Shown here piece after piece: positions 50,975-58,862 of a stretch of 58,862 nucleotides of DNA. Below the pieces are notes generated by a model. The model was not told the origin of the DNA, did no database searches, and worked only from the letters and a program-made list of their open reading frames with translations. Source of the DNA: Gemmatimonadaceae bacterium (GTDB lineage Bacteria; Gemmatimonadota; Gemmatimonadetes; Gemmatimonadales; Gemmatimonadaceae); the NCBI GenBank assembly GCA_043753365.1, contig JAYUWU010000270.1:1-58862 (forward strand), given 5' to 3'. Each line of letters starts with the position of its first letter. The stretch's first letter is position 1. The position numbers and the translations under genes were made by a program.

Positions 50975-51582
50975 GCCGATGCTGCCTTACCAGATGCCTC
51001 GAGGGATTTCTTCCAGGCGTAGTAGCCGAACGCGGCGATCACGAGGTAAACACCGTAGTTGAACGCGGTGAGATAGAGTCCCTTGTAGATGAACATTCCC
51101 ACGTAGACAATGTCCACGCCGACCCACAGCAGCCAGCTCTCGAGAAGTTTGCGCGTCATCATCCACTGAGCGATGAGACTGATTGTCGTCGTCGCAGAAT
51201 CGAGGTGGGGAAGGGAGGTTCCGGGCAGGCGCGATGTGATCGTCGACAGGAGAAGCCACGTTACGACTCCGAGACCGGCGACGACGATCCACGTTTTTCT
51301 TGTGACACGCGATACGGCGAGCTTCGTGTGTCCCTTGCCGCCATAAAGCCACTGATACCACCCGTAGATGGACAGGATGAGATAGACGACCTGAAGTCCC
51401 GTGTCGGAATAAAGTCCTGACCTGAAGAACAGAACCGAGAACAGCGAGACGTTAACGATTGCAGTCGGCCAGCTCAGTATGTTCTCGCGCGTGCTCAGGT
51501 AAACGCTCACGATTCCGAATACGACGGCCACCAGCTCGAGGCAGCTGGACCCATGTGCCTCGAGCCATGTGCAGATCATCAT
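50971..51582 (-). CDS. pnuC: PnuC-family transporter
   Basis: YGWYQW, PHLDS..T, AQWMMTRK..ESW and W...D motifs. Confidence 0.9.
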   Translation of the reverse strand: MMICTWLEAHGSSCLELVAVVFGIVSVYLSTRENILSWPTAIVNVSLFSVLFFRSGLYSDTGLQVVYLILSIYGWYQWLYGGKGHTKLAVSRVTRKTWIVVAGLGVVTWLLLSTITSRLPGTSLPHLDSATTTISLIAQWMMTRKLLESWLLWVGVDIVYVGMFIYKGLYLTAFNYGVYLVIAAFGYYAWKKSLEASGKAASA

Positions 51583-51585
51583 TGT

Positions 51586-52791
51586 TTATTCCTGGTCGAC
51601 TGTTGCGCCTGCATTCACCCAGCGGCCGAGAAGCGCGCGCTCGGACTCTGTTATGCCTGTCCTGTTGGCCGGAGGCATCGTACGGGAAACTACAGCACGC
51701 TCGCGGATGCGCTGTGCGTGTGTCATGATCTGCTGCGGTGTATCGAACATCACGTTTCCGGGGACCTGCCCGAACGATACGTCGGTCGGCCTGCTGGAAT
51801 GACAAACCGCACACCGCTGGTCGATGACATGCCGGACTTCCTCGAACGTTGCCGGCCCTGTCTCGCTGCTCGCCACGGCCGCTGGATGTTTGACCGAGAG
51901 AATTCCGAACAACGCGACCACGGTCGCGGCAATCGTTCCCGCAAGAGCAGGCTTCCACGCGGTATAAGTCCAGCGGATGTTGAGTACATGCCTGACGCCA
52001 GCTCCTCCAGCCCCGAGCACGAGAAGTAGCAGCCAGTTCCACCGATGTCCGTAGACCGCCGGGAAATGGCTGCTCAGCATCAGCACGATTACCGGGAACG
52101 TGAAGTAGTTGTTGTGGATCGACACACGCTTCGCGCGATCTGACAGCGCCTGGCTGCCTGAGCCGCCACCGGTGACGGAGGCAACAAGTGCCTTCTGCGA
52201 TGGTACGATCGTCGAGCCGACATTGCTCGCCATGATCGTTCCGAGCATCGCACCCACATGCAGAAACGCCGCGCGTCCGCTCAGGAGTTGAGTAAGCGCT
52301 ATAGCGATTCCGATCAATGCAGTGAACCAGATCACCACCGCTATTGCCGGTGCCTTCAGCGCAATCTTGTCTTGAGCGACATCGTAAACGCTAACCCCGA
52401 CAACGATCGCGCCGATTCCCACTAGCACAGCCTGCCAGTGCGTGAGATTCGCGACGGACGGATCGGCAAGCAACGCGCGCCCGCCAGCGTAATAGACGAT
52501 GATCAGCAGAAGCGCCCCGCTGATCCACGTGGTGTATGCCTGCCACATGAACCAGTGAACGCGCTCGGGCATCTTCTCGCCCTCGAGCAATGTCTTCTCT
52601 ACATAGTAGAAGCCGCCGCTGTGCAACAGCCAGATAGTGCCGACCGGCTTCTCTGTCTGACCGGGTTCCGGTGTATTCAGGAGACTCCGGTCCATCCAGT
52701 TGAAGAGAAGCGAATTTCCGACCCACATGATTCCCGCGATCACGTGAATCCATCGCGCGACGAGGTCGAGCAACTCCCAGGCTGCGCTCAC
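51586..52791 (-). CDS. puuD: Membrane urate hydroxylase PuuD with C-terminal cytochrome c
   Basis: RWIHVIAGIMWVG, HSGGFY, WQAYTTWISG, HNNYFTFPV and CAVCH. Confidence 0.92.
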   Translation of the reverse strand: MSAAWELLDLVARWIHVIAGIMWVGNSLLFNWMDRSLLNTPEPGQTEKPVGTIWLLHSGGFYYVEKTLLEGEKMPERVHWFMWQAYTTWISGALLLIIVYYAGGRALLADPSVANLTHWQAVLVGIGAIVVGVSVYDVAQDKIALKAPAIAVVIWFTALIGIAIALTQLLSGRAAFLHVGAMLGTIMASNVGSTIVPSQKALVASVTGGGSGSQALSDRAKRVSIHNNYFTFPVIVLMLSSHFPAVYGHRWNWLLLLVLGAGGAGVRHVLNIRWTYTAWKPALAGTIAATVVALFGILSVKHPAAVASSETGPATFEEVRHVIDQRCAVCHSSRPTDVSFGQVPGNVMFDTPQQIMTHAQRIRERAVVSRTMPPANRTGITESERALLGRWVNAGATVDQE

Positions 52792-54119
52792 TTCCTTCCC
52801 TTCATGATCTTCACGAAGCTGCGCCAGCGGAACTCATCGGCGGTGAGCCCCGTCATCTCGAGGGCTTCATCTTCAGTAACCGCCGCGGAGTTGATTCCGC
52901 GTAGAAAGAAGTTGAGCAGCCCCTGGCCCGTCGCGGCATCGTCGAACACATCGCCAACGAGCGTGGCCTGCGCTGCCTTCCCGACAAAGTTGCTGAGGCG
53001 CACGCCAGCGGCGTCGATGCCCTCGAGGAAAAAGCTGTAAAGAGCGGCATATCTGGTAACGAGCTGCGCCGGGTGAAGGTCCCATCCCTGATAGAATCCG
53101 CCGGCGAGTGAATGCCTGATATCGTCGAAGTGAAGCTTCCATGCAGCATGGACGCTCGCTGCGTTCGCATGCTGCTGCTCGCGAGTCAGTGATTCGCCAG
53201 CGGCCGCGCGGTGAATCGCGACAGGCATCACTGTTGTCGAGCCGTCAGAGAGCCACACGTCAGTACCGGCAAACGCGACCTGCATGAAATGTTTTGCGAA
53301 ATCGCAGGCGAGGTGGCGCATTCGCTGATGCGCAGCCGTGATGTTGATGCCGGCAGTGTAATCGTAAGTGCCAAAGTGCGCGCCCCGCAGCCGGCCATCC
53401 GAGGCCGCGAGCACACGCGGCAGTAGTGAAGTACCGTCCCGGTCGAGAATGATCTGGGGAGTCTCGACCATAACCTCGAATCGCAACGTACCATCAGAAA
53501 GCCCAAGCTTCTTCTCGAGTGAACGCAGAACGGCGACGGTGTACTCAACCTGCTCGATGATCGTCACCTTCGGGATCGTGACTACCCAGTCCTCTGGAAT
53601 CCCACCGCCTTCGACAAGCCCGGTCATCACGCGGTCGAGCGTGCGGACACTGCGGGCACGTAGCTCTTCATTGAGCGGCTTCACCCGCATGCCGATGAAA
53701 GGTGGAAGGGTGCCCGCCTTCATTCCCTTGATCACTTCCGCGGCAACTACCTCACAGTGTTCGTCCTCCTCGGCGTCGGGGCGATTTCCATAACCGTCCT
53801 CGAAGTCGATCCTGAAATCTTCGATCGGCTCGCGTGTCAGCTTCTCGCGGACACGCTCTTCGATCGTATGCAGCACTGCGTGTTTTTCGATTCCCAGTGC
53901 TTTCCCCAGGGTGGCTGCATCGGGCGCGTACTGGTCGAGTGATCGAAGGGCGATCGCGCCGAGCTTCGGGACGGAATCGGATGAGAAGAGCTGGGCGCCG
54001 CCGTAGACAGTATGAACGGGCTGGCGACCCGGGCCTTCGCCCGGATGCGCAGCAGCAAATGTCAGGTTGGCCTCGCGGAGCGCGGCCCCCGCTTCGGCGA
54101 GCATTGGGTCAGTCGTCAT
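52788..54119 (-). CDS. CitE/HpcH-like TIM-barrel lyase (DUF6986-like)
   Basis: RQPVHTVYGGA, DFEDGYG, HFGTYDY, SDGST and QGWDLHPAQL. Confidence 0.85.
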   Translation of the reverse strand: MTTDPMLAEAGAALREANLTFAAAHPGEGPGRQPVHTVYGGAQLFSSDSVPKLGAIALRSLDQYAPDAATLGKALGIEKHAVLHTIEERVREKLTREPIEDFRIDFEDGYGNRPDAEEDEHCEVVAAEVIKGMKAGTLPPFIGMRVKPLNEELRARSVRTLDRVMTGLVEGGGIPEDWVVTIPKVTIIEQVEYTVAVLRSLEKKLGLSDGTLRFEVMVETPQIILDRDGTSLLPRVLAASDGRLRGAHFGTYDYTAGINITAAHQRMRHLACDFAKHFMQVAFAGTDVWLSDGSTTVMPVAIHRAAAGESLTREQQHANAASVHAAWKLHFDDIRHSLAGGFYQGWDLHPAQLVTRYAALYSFFLEGIDAAGVRLSNFVGKAAQATLVGDVFDDAATGQGLLNFFLRGINSAAVTEDEALEMTGLTADEFRWRSFVKIMKGRK

Positions 54120-54160
54120 GCGGGAGAAGCTTGCCACTCCCGCAGCGGGTACGGAAGCCT

Positions 54161-54595
54161 CTAGCCAGAGACCTCTGCGGGAACCGGGAGCTCGTATGTC
54201 ACGCTGAGCCTCGCGCCCATGCTGAGCGTGTTGTGCGCCGGGCATGCGTGTATCACGCGCTCGATCATCGGTAGGTAGCCCGCGGGGATTTCCGCGGGGA
54301 GCAGGACATTCACGAGAAATTCATCCACCCGCGTCGGGTTTGTCGCCTTGTTCTGCACGACTGCAACACGAAGTCCTTCAGTGGACAGGTCGCGGGTTCG
54401 AAGGAACTGTCTCACGTAATACGCGATGCAGCTGCCGAGCGCGGCTCCCAGTAACTCGATTGGAGTGGGTGCGGTATCTTCGCCTCCCCCCTTGAGCGTC
54501 TGGTCGACGAAGATTTCGTGCGACCTGATTCTGATGGCGAATTTTTCGCCGTCTATGTGAGTTACTACCGTGGGCGCTGCGCTGTCTGTCGACAT
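54161..54595 (-). CDS. OsmC family protein
   Basis: GGED.APTP.ELL..ALGSC and CP.HNTL. Confidence 0.9.
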   Translation of the reverse strand: MSTDSAAPTVVTHIDGEKFAIRIRSHEIFVDQTLKGGGEDTAPTPIELLGAALGSCIAYYVRQFLRTRDLSTEGLRVAVVQNKATNPTRVDEFLVNVLLPAEIPAGYLPMIERVIHACPAHNTLSMGARLSVTYELPVPAEVSG

Positions 54596-54699
54596 TCCTG
54601 TACCGCGATTTTGAGTTTCCTGATCCTACGGACTGCAGGAGTTCCGGTCAGTCAGGCAAAATCAGCGCATGTTGTCGTGGAATCCTTCACGCCACAGCC

Positions 54700-55278
54700 T
54701 CAGGCGTTATAGATACGACCCGCCTTTTTCCGGTAGATCTCCAGCACTCCCAGCGCATCGTCGCGGAGTATCTCGCGGACGATCCTGATTCCGCGCTCCT
54801 CGAGATACGTGTAGGATTCGGGAAACACCGGCCCCTCATCGAACTGGAGGGACGCAGCGTCATCGCGCGTCGCTGCCCACACGAGACGACGCACCCCGCT
54901 CCACAAGGTTGCGCCGAGGCACATTGCGCATGGCTCGCACGAGGTGAAGAGCTCGTGGGCCGGGAGCCCGGGCGCCTTCAGCGAGAACGTCGAGAGCTTC
55001 TGTTGCGCCATCATGAACGCGACCATTTCGCCGTGCAGCGTACAGTTGTTGTATCTGACGACGCTGTTCACCCCGATCGACACGAGCCGCCCCGACGTCT
55101 CATAAATCGCGGCGCCAAACGGACCACCCGTGCCACGATCGATGTTTTCCCGCGAGAGCCGAATGGCGAGGCGCATCTTGTCCTCGTCGGTCACGAATAT
55201 CTTGTCCCAGTCGACTACCGAGTCCACCCAATCGGGGTACTCGAAGCAGATGATCGGTTCAGCTCTCTCTGTAGTCAT
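54700..55278 (-). CDS. CDA-fold deaminase (guanine deaminase-like)
   Basis: GGPFGA, HGE and SCEPCAMC. Confidence 0.85.
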   Translation of the reverse strand: MTTERAEPIICFEYPDWVDSVVDWDKIFVTDEDKMRLAIRLSRENIDRGTGGPFGAAIYETSGRLVSIGVNSVVRYNNCTLHGEMVAFMMAQQKLSTFSLKAPGLPAHELFTSCEPCAMCLGATLWSGVRRLVWAATRDDAASLQFDEGPVFPESYTYLEERGIRIVREILRDDALGVLEIYRKKAGRIYNA

Positions 55279-56232
55279 TCAGGGAAGGTTGCGCTCGCGG
55301 GCGTCCTGCGGAAGTGCATCGTTAGTGCTGGGATCGACCGGTACGTCAATTGACGCGCCATACCGAGAGTCGGTAATGCGGACGACCGGACCGTCTTCAG
55401 TAGTCAGCAGGCGATAGAATGGCAGCCGGGCCCAGTCGAGAAAAGGCCTGGCGACGGGACTTCGTATGGCGGCCGCAACTGTGGTGTTGTCGACGCCTTT
55501 GTCGAGTGTCCCGGGTTGCAGCGACAATCGCTGCGATCGCATCCCGACACTTCCTGTCGAGTACCGCGCGCCGTCGTCAGCGTGAACGCGCCACTGGAAC
55601 GGGTTTGCGGGGGACGCAGTGACGACAAGCTTCTCTTTCGCGAGCCCGGTTCCTGCGAGCTCACGCACTGCCACACGCTCGGCGACATTCTGAAATACGA
55701 GCATCGCTACGATGTAGGCGCCGGCCACTCCAACCGCGATCTGCCCGGGCTTCCACAGTGAAGCGGACCCGCTCTTCTCCCGTCTGCGCGATAGCCACAC
55801 ACCTGCACCCAGGACGATCAGGAGATAAGGGTCGATTATGAAAAGCGAGTCGCCATAAAACCACGTGCCGTCGAATGGCATGAGCCATCGAAGGCCGTAT
55901 GAGTTCATCCAGTCGAGCGTCGGATGGGTCCAGATCGATATCGTTGCGAGGAGAAGGAGCTGGCGCGGCACCACTTTCTCCCCATCGCGCCGCCTGTACC
56001 GATCCCAGAGCATCATGAGTCCGGTCAGAACGAATGGAAGCACGACGAGTGCGAGCACGCCGTGAGTCCACCCGCGACGGAACTCAGTCGCCCGGCCAAA
56101 CGGAACAGCGAGAATGTCGATGTCGGGAAGGTTCGCGCCGATCATCATTGTGGCCGAGGCGAGAGCTGTCCTGCTGCGAAGTCCGGTGCGAGCGAGCGCC
56201 GCGCCGACGAGGGTATGACACAGGTTGTCCAC
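55279..56232 (-). CDS. Membrane metal-dependent hydrolase (YdjM-like)
   Basis: VDNLCHTL, ANLPDID, RRGWTH and HP.LDW.N.YG. Confidence 0.88.
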   Translation of the reverse strand: MDNLCHTLVGAALARTGLRSRTALASATMMIGANLPDIDILAVPFGRATEFRRGWTHGVLALVVLPFVLTGLMMLWDRYRRRDGEKVVPRQLLLLATISIWTHPTLDWMNSYGLRWLMPFDGTWFYGDSLFIIDPYLLIVLGAGVWLSRRREKSGSASLWKPGQIAVGVAGAYIVAMLVFQNVAERVAVRELAGTGLAKEKLVVTASPANPFQWRVHADDGARYSTGSVGMRSQRLSLQPGTLDKGVDNTTVAAAIRSPVARPFLDWARLPFYRLLTTEDGPVVRITDSRYGASIDVPVDPSTNDALPQDARERNLP

Positions 56233-56297
56233 GCGCGTATGTTGACTCCGTACCATGGCGGATGGAAGACGCGTTGCACAGTTTGCAACGGAGCGGC

Positions 56298-56332
56298 TTG
56301 ACATTAGATGTTATAACACACATACTTAATAC
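56298..56332 (+). promoter_or_regulatory. Leaderless sigma-70 promoter containing a probable MarR operator
   Basis: TTGACA-17-CATACT-6-ATG; palindrome TGTTATAACA (56309-56318) lies in the spacer. Confidence 0.75.
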
Positions 56333-56800
56333 ATGGCACCGGACTTAAGGCAGGAGCTGAAGCAGAACAAGCCGTTCAGGACGCTTTTTGAGGAGGCGTC
56401 GCTCAATCTGAAGCGGACTTCGAATCAGCTCAGTGACGGCTTCGAGCAGATGCTCAAGCCGTACGGTATCACCGGCACTCAGTACAACGTGCTGAGGATC
56501 CTGCGGGGTTCAGAGCCGAACGGGCTCTGCCGGAATGAGGTGAGCGATCGCCTGATAAACCGGATGCCTGACGCTACGAGGTTGCTGGACAGAATGGAGG
56601 AGGCGGGGCTCGTCACCCGCGCCCGGGGCACCGATGACCGGCGTTTGGTCAAGACCCACATTACGCCCAAGGGTCTGGACCTTGTCGATTCCCTGGATTC
56701 GGTGGTGGAGCAGCAGAACACAAAGCAGCTGGCGCACCTCTCGGAAAACCAGTTGAGGACGCTGATCGAGATCCTGACTGAGATCAGAAACGCGCCCTAG
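56333..56800 (+). CDS. MarR family regulator
   Basis: QYNVLRILRG, PDATRLLDRME and DRR...ITPKG. Confidence 0.93.
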   Translation: MAPDLRQELKQNKPFRTLFEEASLNLKRTSNQLSDGFEQMLKPYGITGTQYNVLRILRGSEPNGLCRNEVSDRLINRMPDATRLLDRMEEAGLVTRARGTDDRRLVKTHITPKGLDLVDSLDSVVEQQNTKQLAHLSENQLRTLIEILTEIRNAP

Positions 56801-56823
56801 CAGGAGTTTTTTTAAAGTAAAGC

Positions 56824-56850
56824 GTGTGATAACACTAACCGTTTTAACAC
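56824..56850. promoter_or_regulatory. Second and third MarR-like boxes
   Basis: GTGTGATAACAC and GTTTTAACAC resemble TGTTATAACA; located before the doxX-like SD AAGGAG. Confidence 0.55.
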
Positions 56851-56864
56851 TCAAGGAGTTCGAA

Positions 56865-57335
56865 ATGTCATTGTTCAACAACGCATCCGACCGTCAGGTC
56901 AACATCGGCCTCACAATTCTCCGTCTCGTCGCCGGCGCCATCTTCATTGCGCACGGCGGGCAAAAGCTCTTCGTGTTCGGGCTGGATGGGGCAACGGCCG
57001 GCTTCACTCAGATGGGAATGCCGATGGCTGGACTCCTTGCGCCGTTGGTCGCGTTCGTCGAGTTCTTCGGCGGCCTGGCGCTGATCGCAGGACTGCTCAC
57101 GCGCCTCGCGGCATTCGGCCTCGCAACCACAATGATCGTTGCGATGCTGAAAGTGCACCTGCCCGCAGGTTTCTTTAACCCCGCTGGAATCGAGTTCCCG
57201 CTGTCGCTCCTGGGCAGCTCGGTGCTGCTGGTGCTGACCGGCGCAGGCAAGCTCTCGCTCGATTCGCTGATTGCTTCACGCACGAGCAAAGCGATCCCGG
57301 CTACGTCGCCGGAACGGATCCGCCGCGCGGCCTGA
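56865..57335 (+). CDS. DoxX family membrane protein (CatD-like)
   Basis: LR..AG..F..HGGQK, EFFGG, H...GFF...G.EF and G.G..SLD. Confidence 0.9.
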   Translation: MSLFNNASDRQVNIGLTILRLVAGAIFIAHGGQKLFVFGLDGATAGFTQMGMPMAGLLAPLVAFVEFFGGLALIAGLLTRLAAFGLATTMIVAMLKVHLPAGFFNPAGIEFPLSLLGSSVLLVLTGAGKLSLDSLIASRTSKAIPATSPERIRRAA

Positions 57336-57351
57336 TCTACTGCTACTAATG

Positions 57352-57383
57352 AAAGCCCCGGTTAACGCCGGGGCTTTTTGTTG
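57352..57383 (+). terminator. Rho-independent terminator
   Basis: AAAGCCCCGG-TTAACG-CCGGGGCTTT followed by TTGTTG. Confidence 0.88.
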
Positions 57384-57424
57384 TTCCTGAGACCGTCGGT
57401 TATAGACAGTGCGTCGAGGTACAC

Positions 57425-57632
57425 GGGGAAAGGAGTTTTAGAAGTGCCAGGAGTTATTGAAGGTCAACCGGGTTGGCAGACGATGTTTGTAAGGTCAGGA
57501 TCCTCGGGCTTGGGGGAACTGCGGAAGAGCGTCGGCAATGAACAACCGAAGTCAGTTCTGGTTTTCACCGTTTTCACCCCAGAAAAGGTACCCGTGAGGC
57601 CCCGGAACCCACTGCGTTACACTCCAGAATCC
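57425..57632. repeat. Palindromic element E8, apparently interrupted by the IS3
   Basis: Core TTCTG-GTTTTCACC-GTTTTCACC-CCAGAAAA matches the E6/E7 core; left arm has GGAGTT periodic units. Confidence 0.6.
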
Positions 57633-57698
57633 TGAAGTTCCCCCGGTTTAGTGGACACCGCTAGCGCCTCGATTGAGATTCGAGGCAGGAGGTGTTCA

Positions 57699-57995
57699 AT
57701 GGGAAAGAGAGGACCGAAGGCGTTTAGTGAGGAATTCCGGCGTGAGGCAGTCAGGCTTGCCGAGGCGGGTCCGAAGTCGATAACGCTACTGGCGCGAGAG
57801 CTCGGGGTCAGCCATGAGACGCTGCGTAGTTGGTGCAGAACGGCGCGATCGGGTGAGTCCAGTGGAGCGAAGCCCGGGACGGTGCCCTCCCTTGAGGAGG
57901 AGAATAGCCGGTTGCGCAGGGAGAACGCGCGACTGCTCGAGGAGCGTGAAATCTTAAAAAAAGCGACGGCCTTCTTCGCCAGGGATGCACGATGA
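57699..57995 (+). CDS. IS3 transposase OrfA
   Basis: FSEEFRREAV HTH and LEEEREILKKA..FF zipper; AGGAGG SD. Confidence 0.93.
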   Translation: MGKRGPKAFSEEFRREAVRLAEAGPKSITLLARELGVSHETLRSWCRTARSGESSGAKPGTVPSLEEENSRLRRENARLLEEREILKKATAFFARDAR

Positions 57996-58862
57996 GATTC
58001 GTGTTCATCCAAGCGCACGCCAGCATCTTTCACATCACCACGATGTGTCGGGTGCTGGAGGTGTCGAAGGCCGGCTATTACGCCTGGCGTGCGCGTCCGC
58101 TCTCTAAGCGTGTAAAGGATGACGGTGTGTTGCTTGAGCAGATTCGGCAGATCCACGAGGAGGTCAGGGGTTGCTATGGAAGCCCGCGGATACGGGAGGA
58201 GCTTCGTGACCTCGGTATTCGTTGCGGGAAGAACCGGGTCGCGCGCCTGATGCGGGTCGAGGGAATCAAGGCGAAGAGCGTGCGTCGATTCCGCGTGACG
58301 ACGCAATCGGATCACACACGGCCGGTTGCTATGAACGTGCTTGAGCGCAGGTTCTCGCTCACGTCGAACCCCCAGTTGGCGCAGCGGGATCGTGTGTGGG
58401 CCGCCGACATCACGTACATCCCGACACGGCAGGGCTGGTTATATCTTGCCGTCGTTCTCGATCTGGCGTCTCGACGGGTTATTGGGTGGGCGATCCGCAC
58501 GCGCCTCGAACAGGAACTCGCGCTTGCAGCCCTGCAGATGGCACTTTCGCACCGCCGCGCTCGTGGTGGCCTGCATCACTCGGATCGTGGCGTACAGTAC
58601 GCGAGCCTGTCATATCAGGGCCTTCTGGCGGCTGCGGACTTCACGCCGAGCATGAGTCGGATTGGTGATTGCTGGGACAATGCTGTCGTGGAGAGTTTCT
58701 TCGCCACACTGACAAAAGAGCTTTTGATAGACGGCGTGTTCACCACGCGCGCCGAAGCGAGTCGAGAGCTGTTCGAATTCATCGAGATCTGGTACAATCG
58801 CAAGCGGCGGCACTCCACGCTTGGATACCGGAGCCCAGTGCAGTTTGAGGAACAGCTAGACC
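57992..58862 (+). CDS. IS3 transposase OrfB (DDE), partial
   Basis: Manual translation: YGSPR, WAADITY, HSDRGVQY, DNAVVESFF and YN..R.HSTLGY.SP. Confidence 0.95.
   Translation, partial: MRFVFIQAHASIFHITTMCRVLEVSKAGYYAWRARPLSKRVKDDGVLLEQIRQIHEEVRGCYGSPRIREELRDLGIRCGKNRVARLMRVEGIKAKSVRRFRVTTQSDHTRPVAMNVLERRFSLTSNPQLAQRDRVWAADITYIPTRQGWLYLAVVLDLASRRVIGWAIRTRLEQELALAALQMALSHRRARGGLHHSDRGVQYASLSYQGLLAAADFTPSMSRIGDCWDNAVVESFFATLTKELLIDGVFTTRAEASRELFEFIEIWYNRKRRHSTLGYRSPVQFEEQLD

Larger units (their letters stand above)
57633..58862 (+). mobile_element. IS3-family insertion sequence, truncated by the window edge
   Basis: Left end TGAAGTTCCCCCGGTTTAGTGGACACC; orfA/orfB layout with AAAAAAAG slippery site at 57956-57963. 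Confidence 0.95.

Noticed and set aside
57956-57963. A7G slippery site as a novel recoding signal
   Set aside because: This is the standard IS3-family -1 frameshift.

Overview
A 58.9-kb GC-rich bacterial chromosomal segment; gene content and style suggest Gemmatimonadota (inference). It holds about 55 CDS: cell-envelope enzymes, a LytS/LytTR module, thiC under a TPP riboswitch, an ECF sigma/anti-sigma/PDZ operon, a CsoR-regulated copper efflux operon with an adjacent uncharacterised copper-type operon, a near-complete purine catabolism cluster (xanthine dehydrogenase, XdhC, MocA, PuuD, UraH, UraD, allantoinase, allantoicase), a MarR/DoxX pair and an IS3 element cut by the right edge. The most notable unexplained structure is a family of 150-240 bp intergenic palindromes. 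Their arms differ in sequence, but they share a TTTTCA-type loop at or near the axis of symmetry; two copies bracket a dehydrogenase gene like a cassette and one is interrupted by the IS3. Other candidates are a 117-nt structured RNA with two tRNA-type T-loops, a CutF/CruR-like leader ORF ahead of a four-fold His-repeat protein, three probable CTG start codons, frequent leaderless promoters and two pseudogenes. All calls come from reading motifs by eye; no database searches were run.
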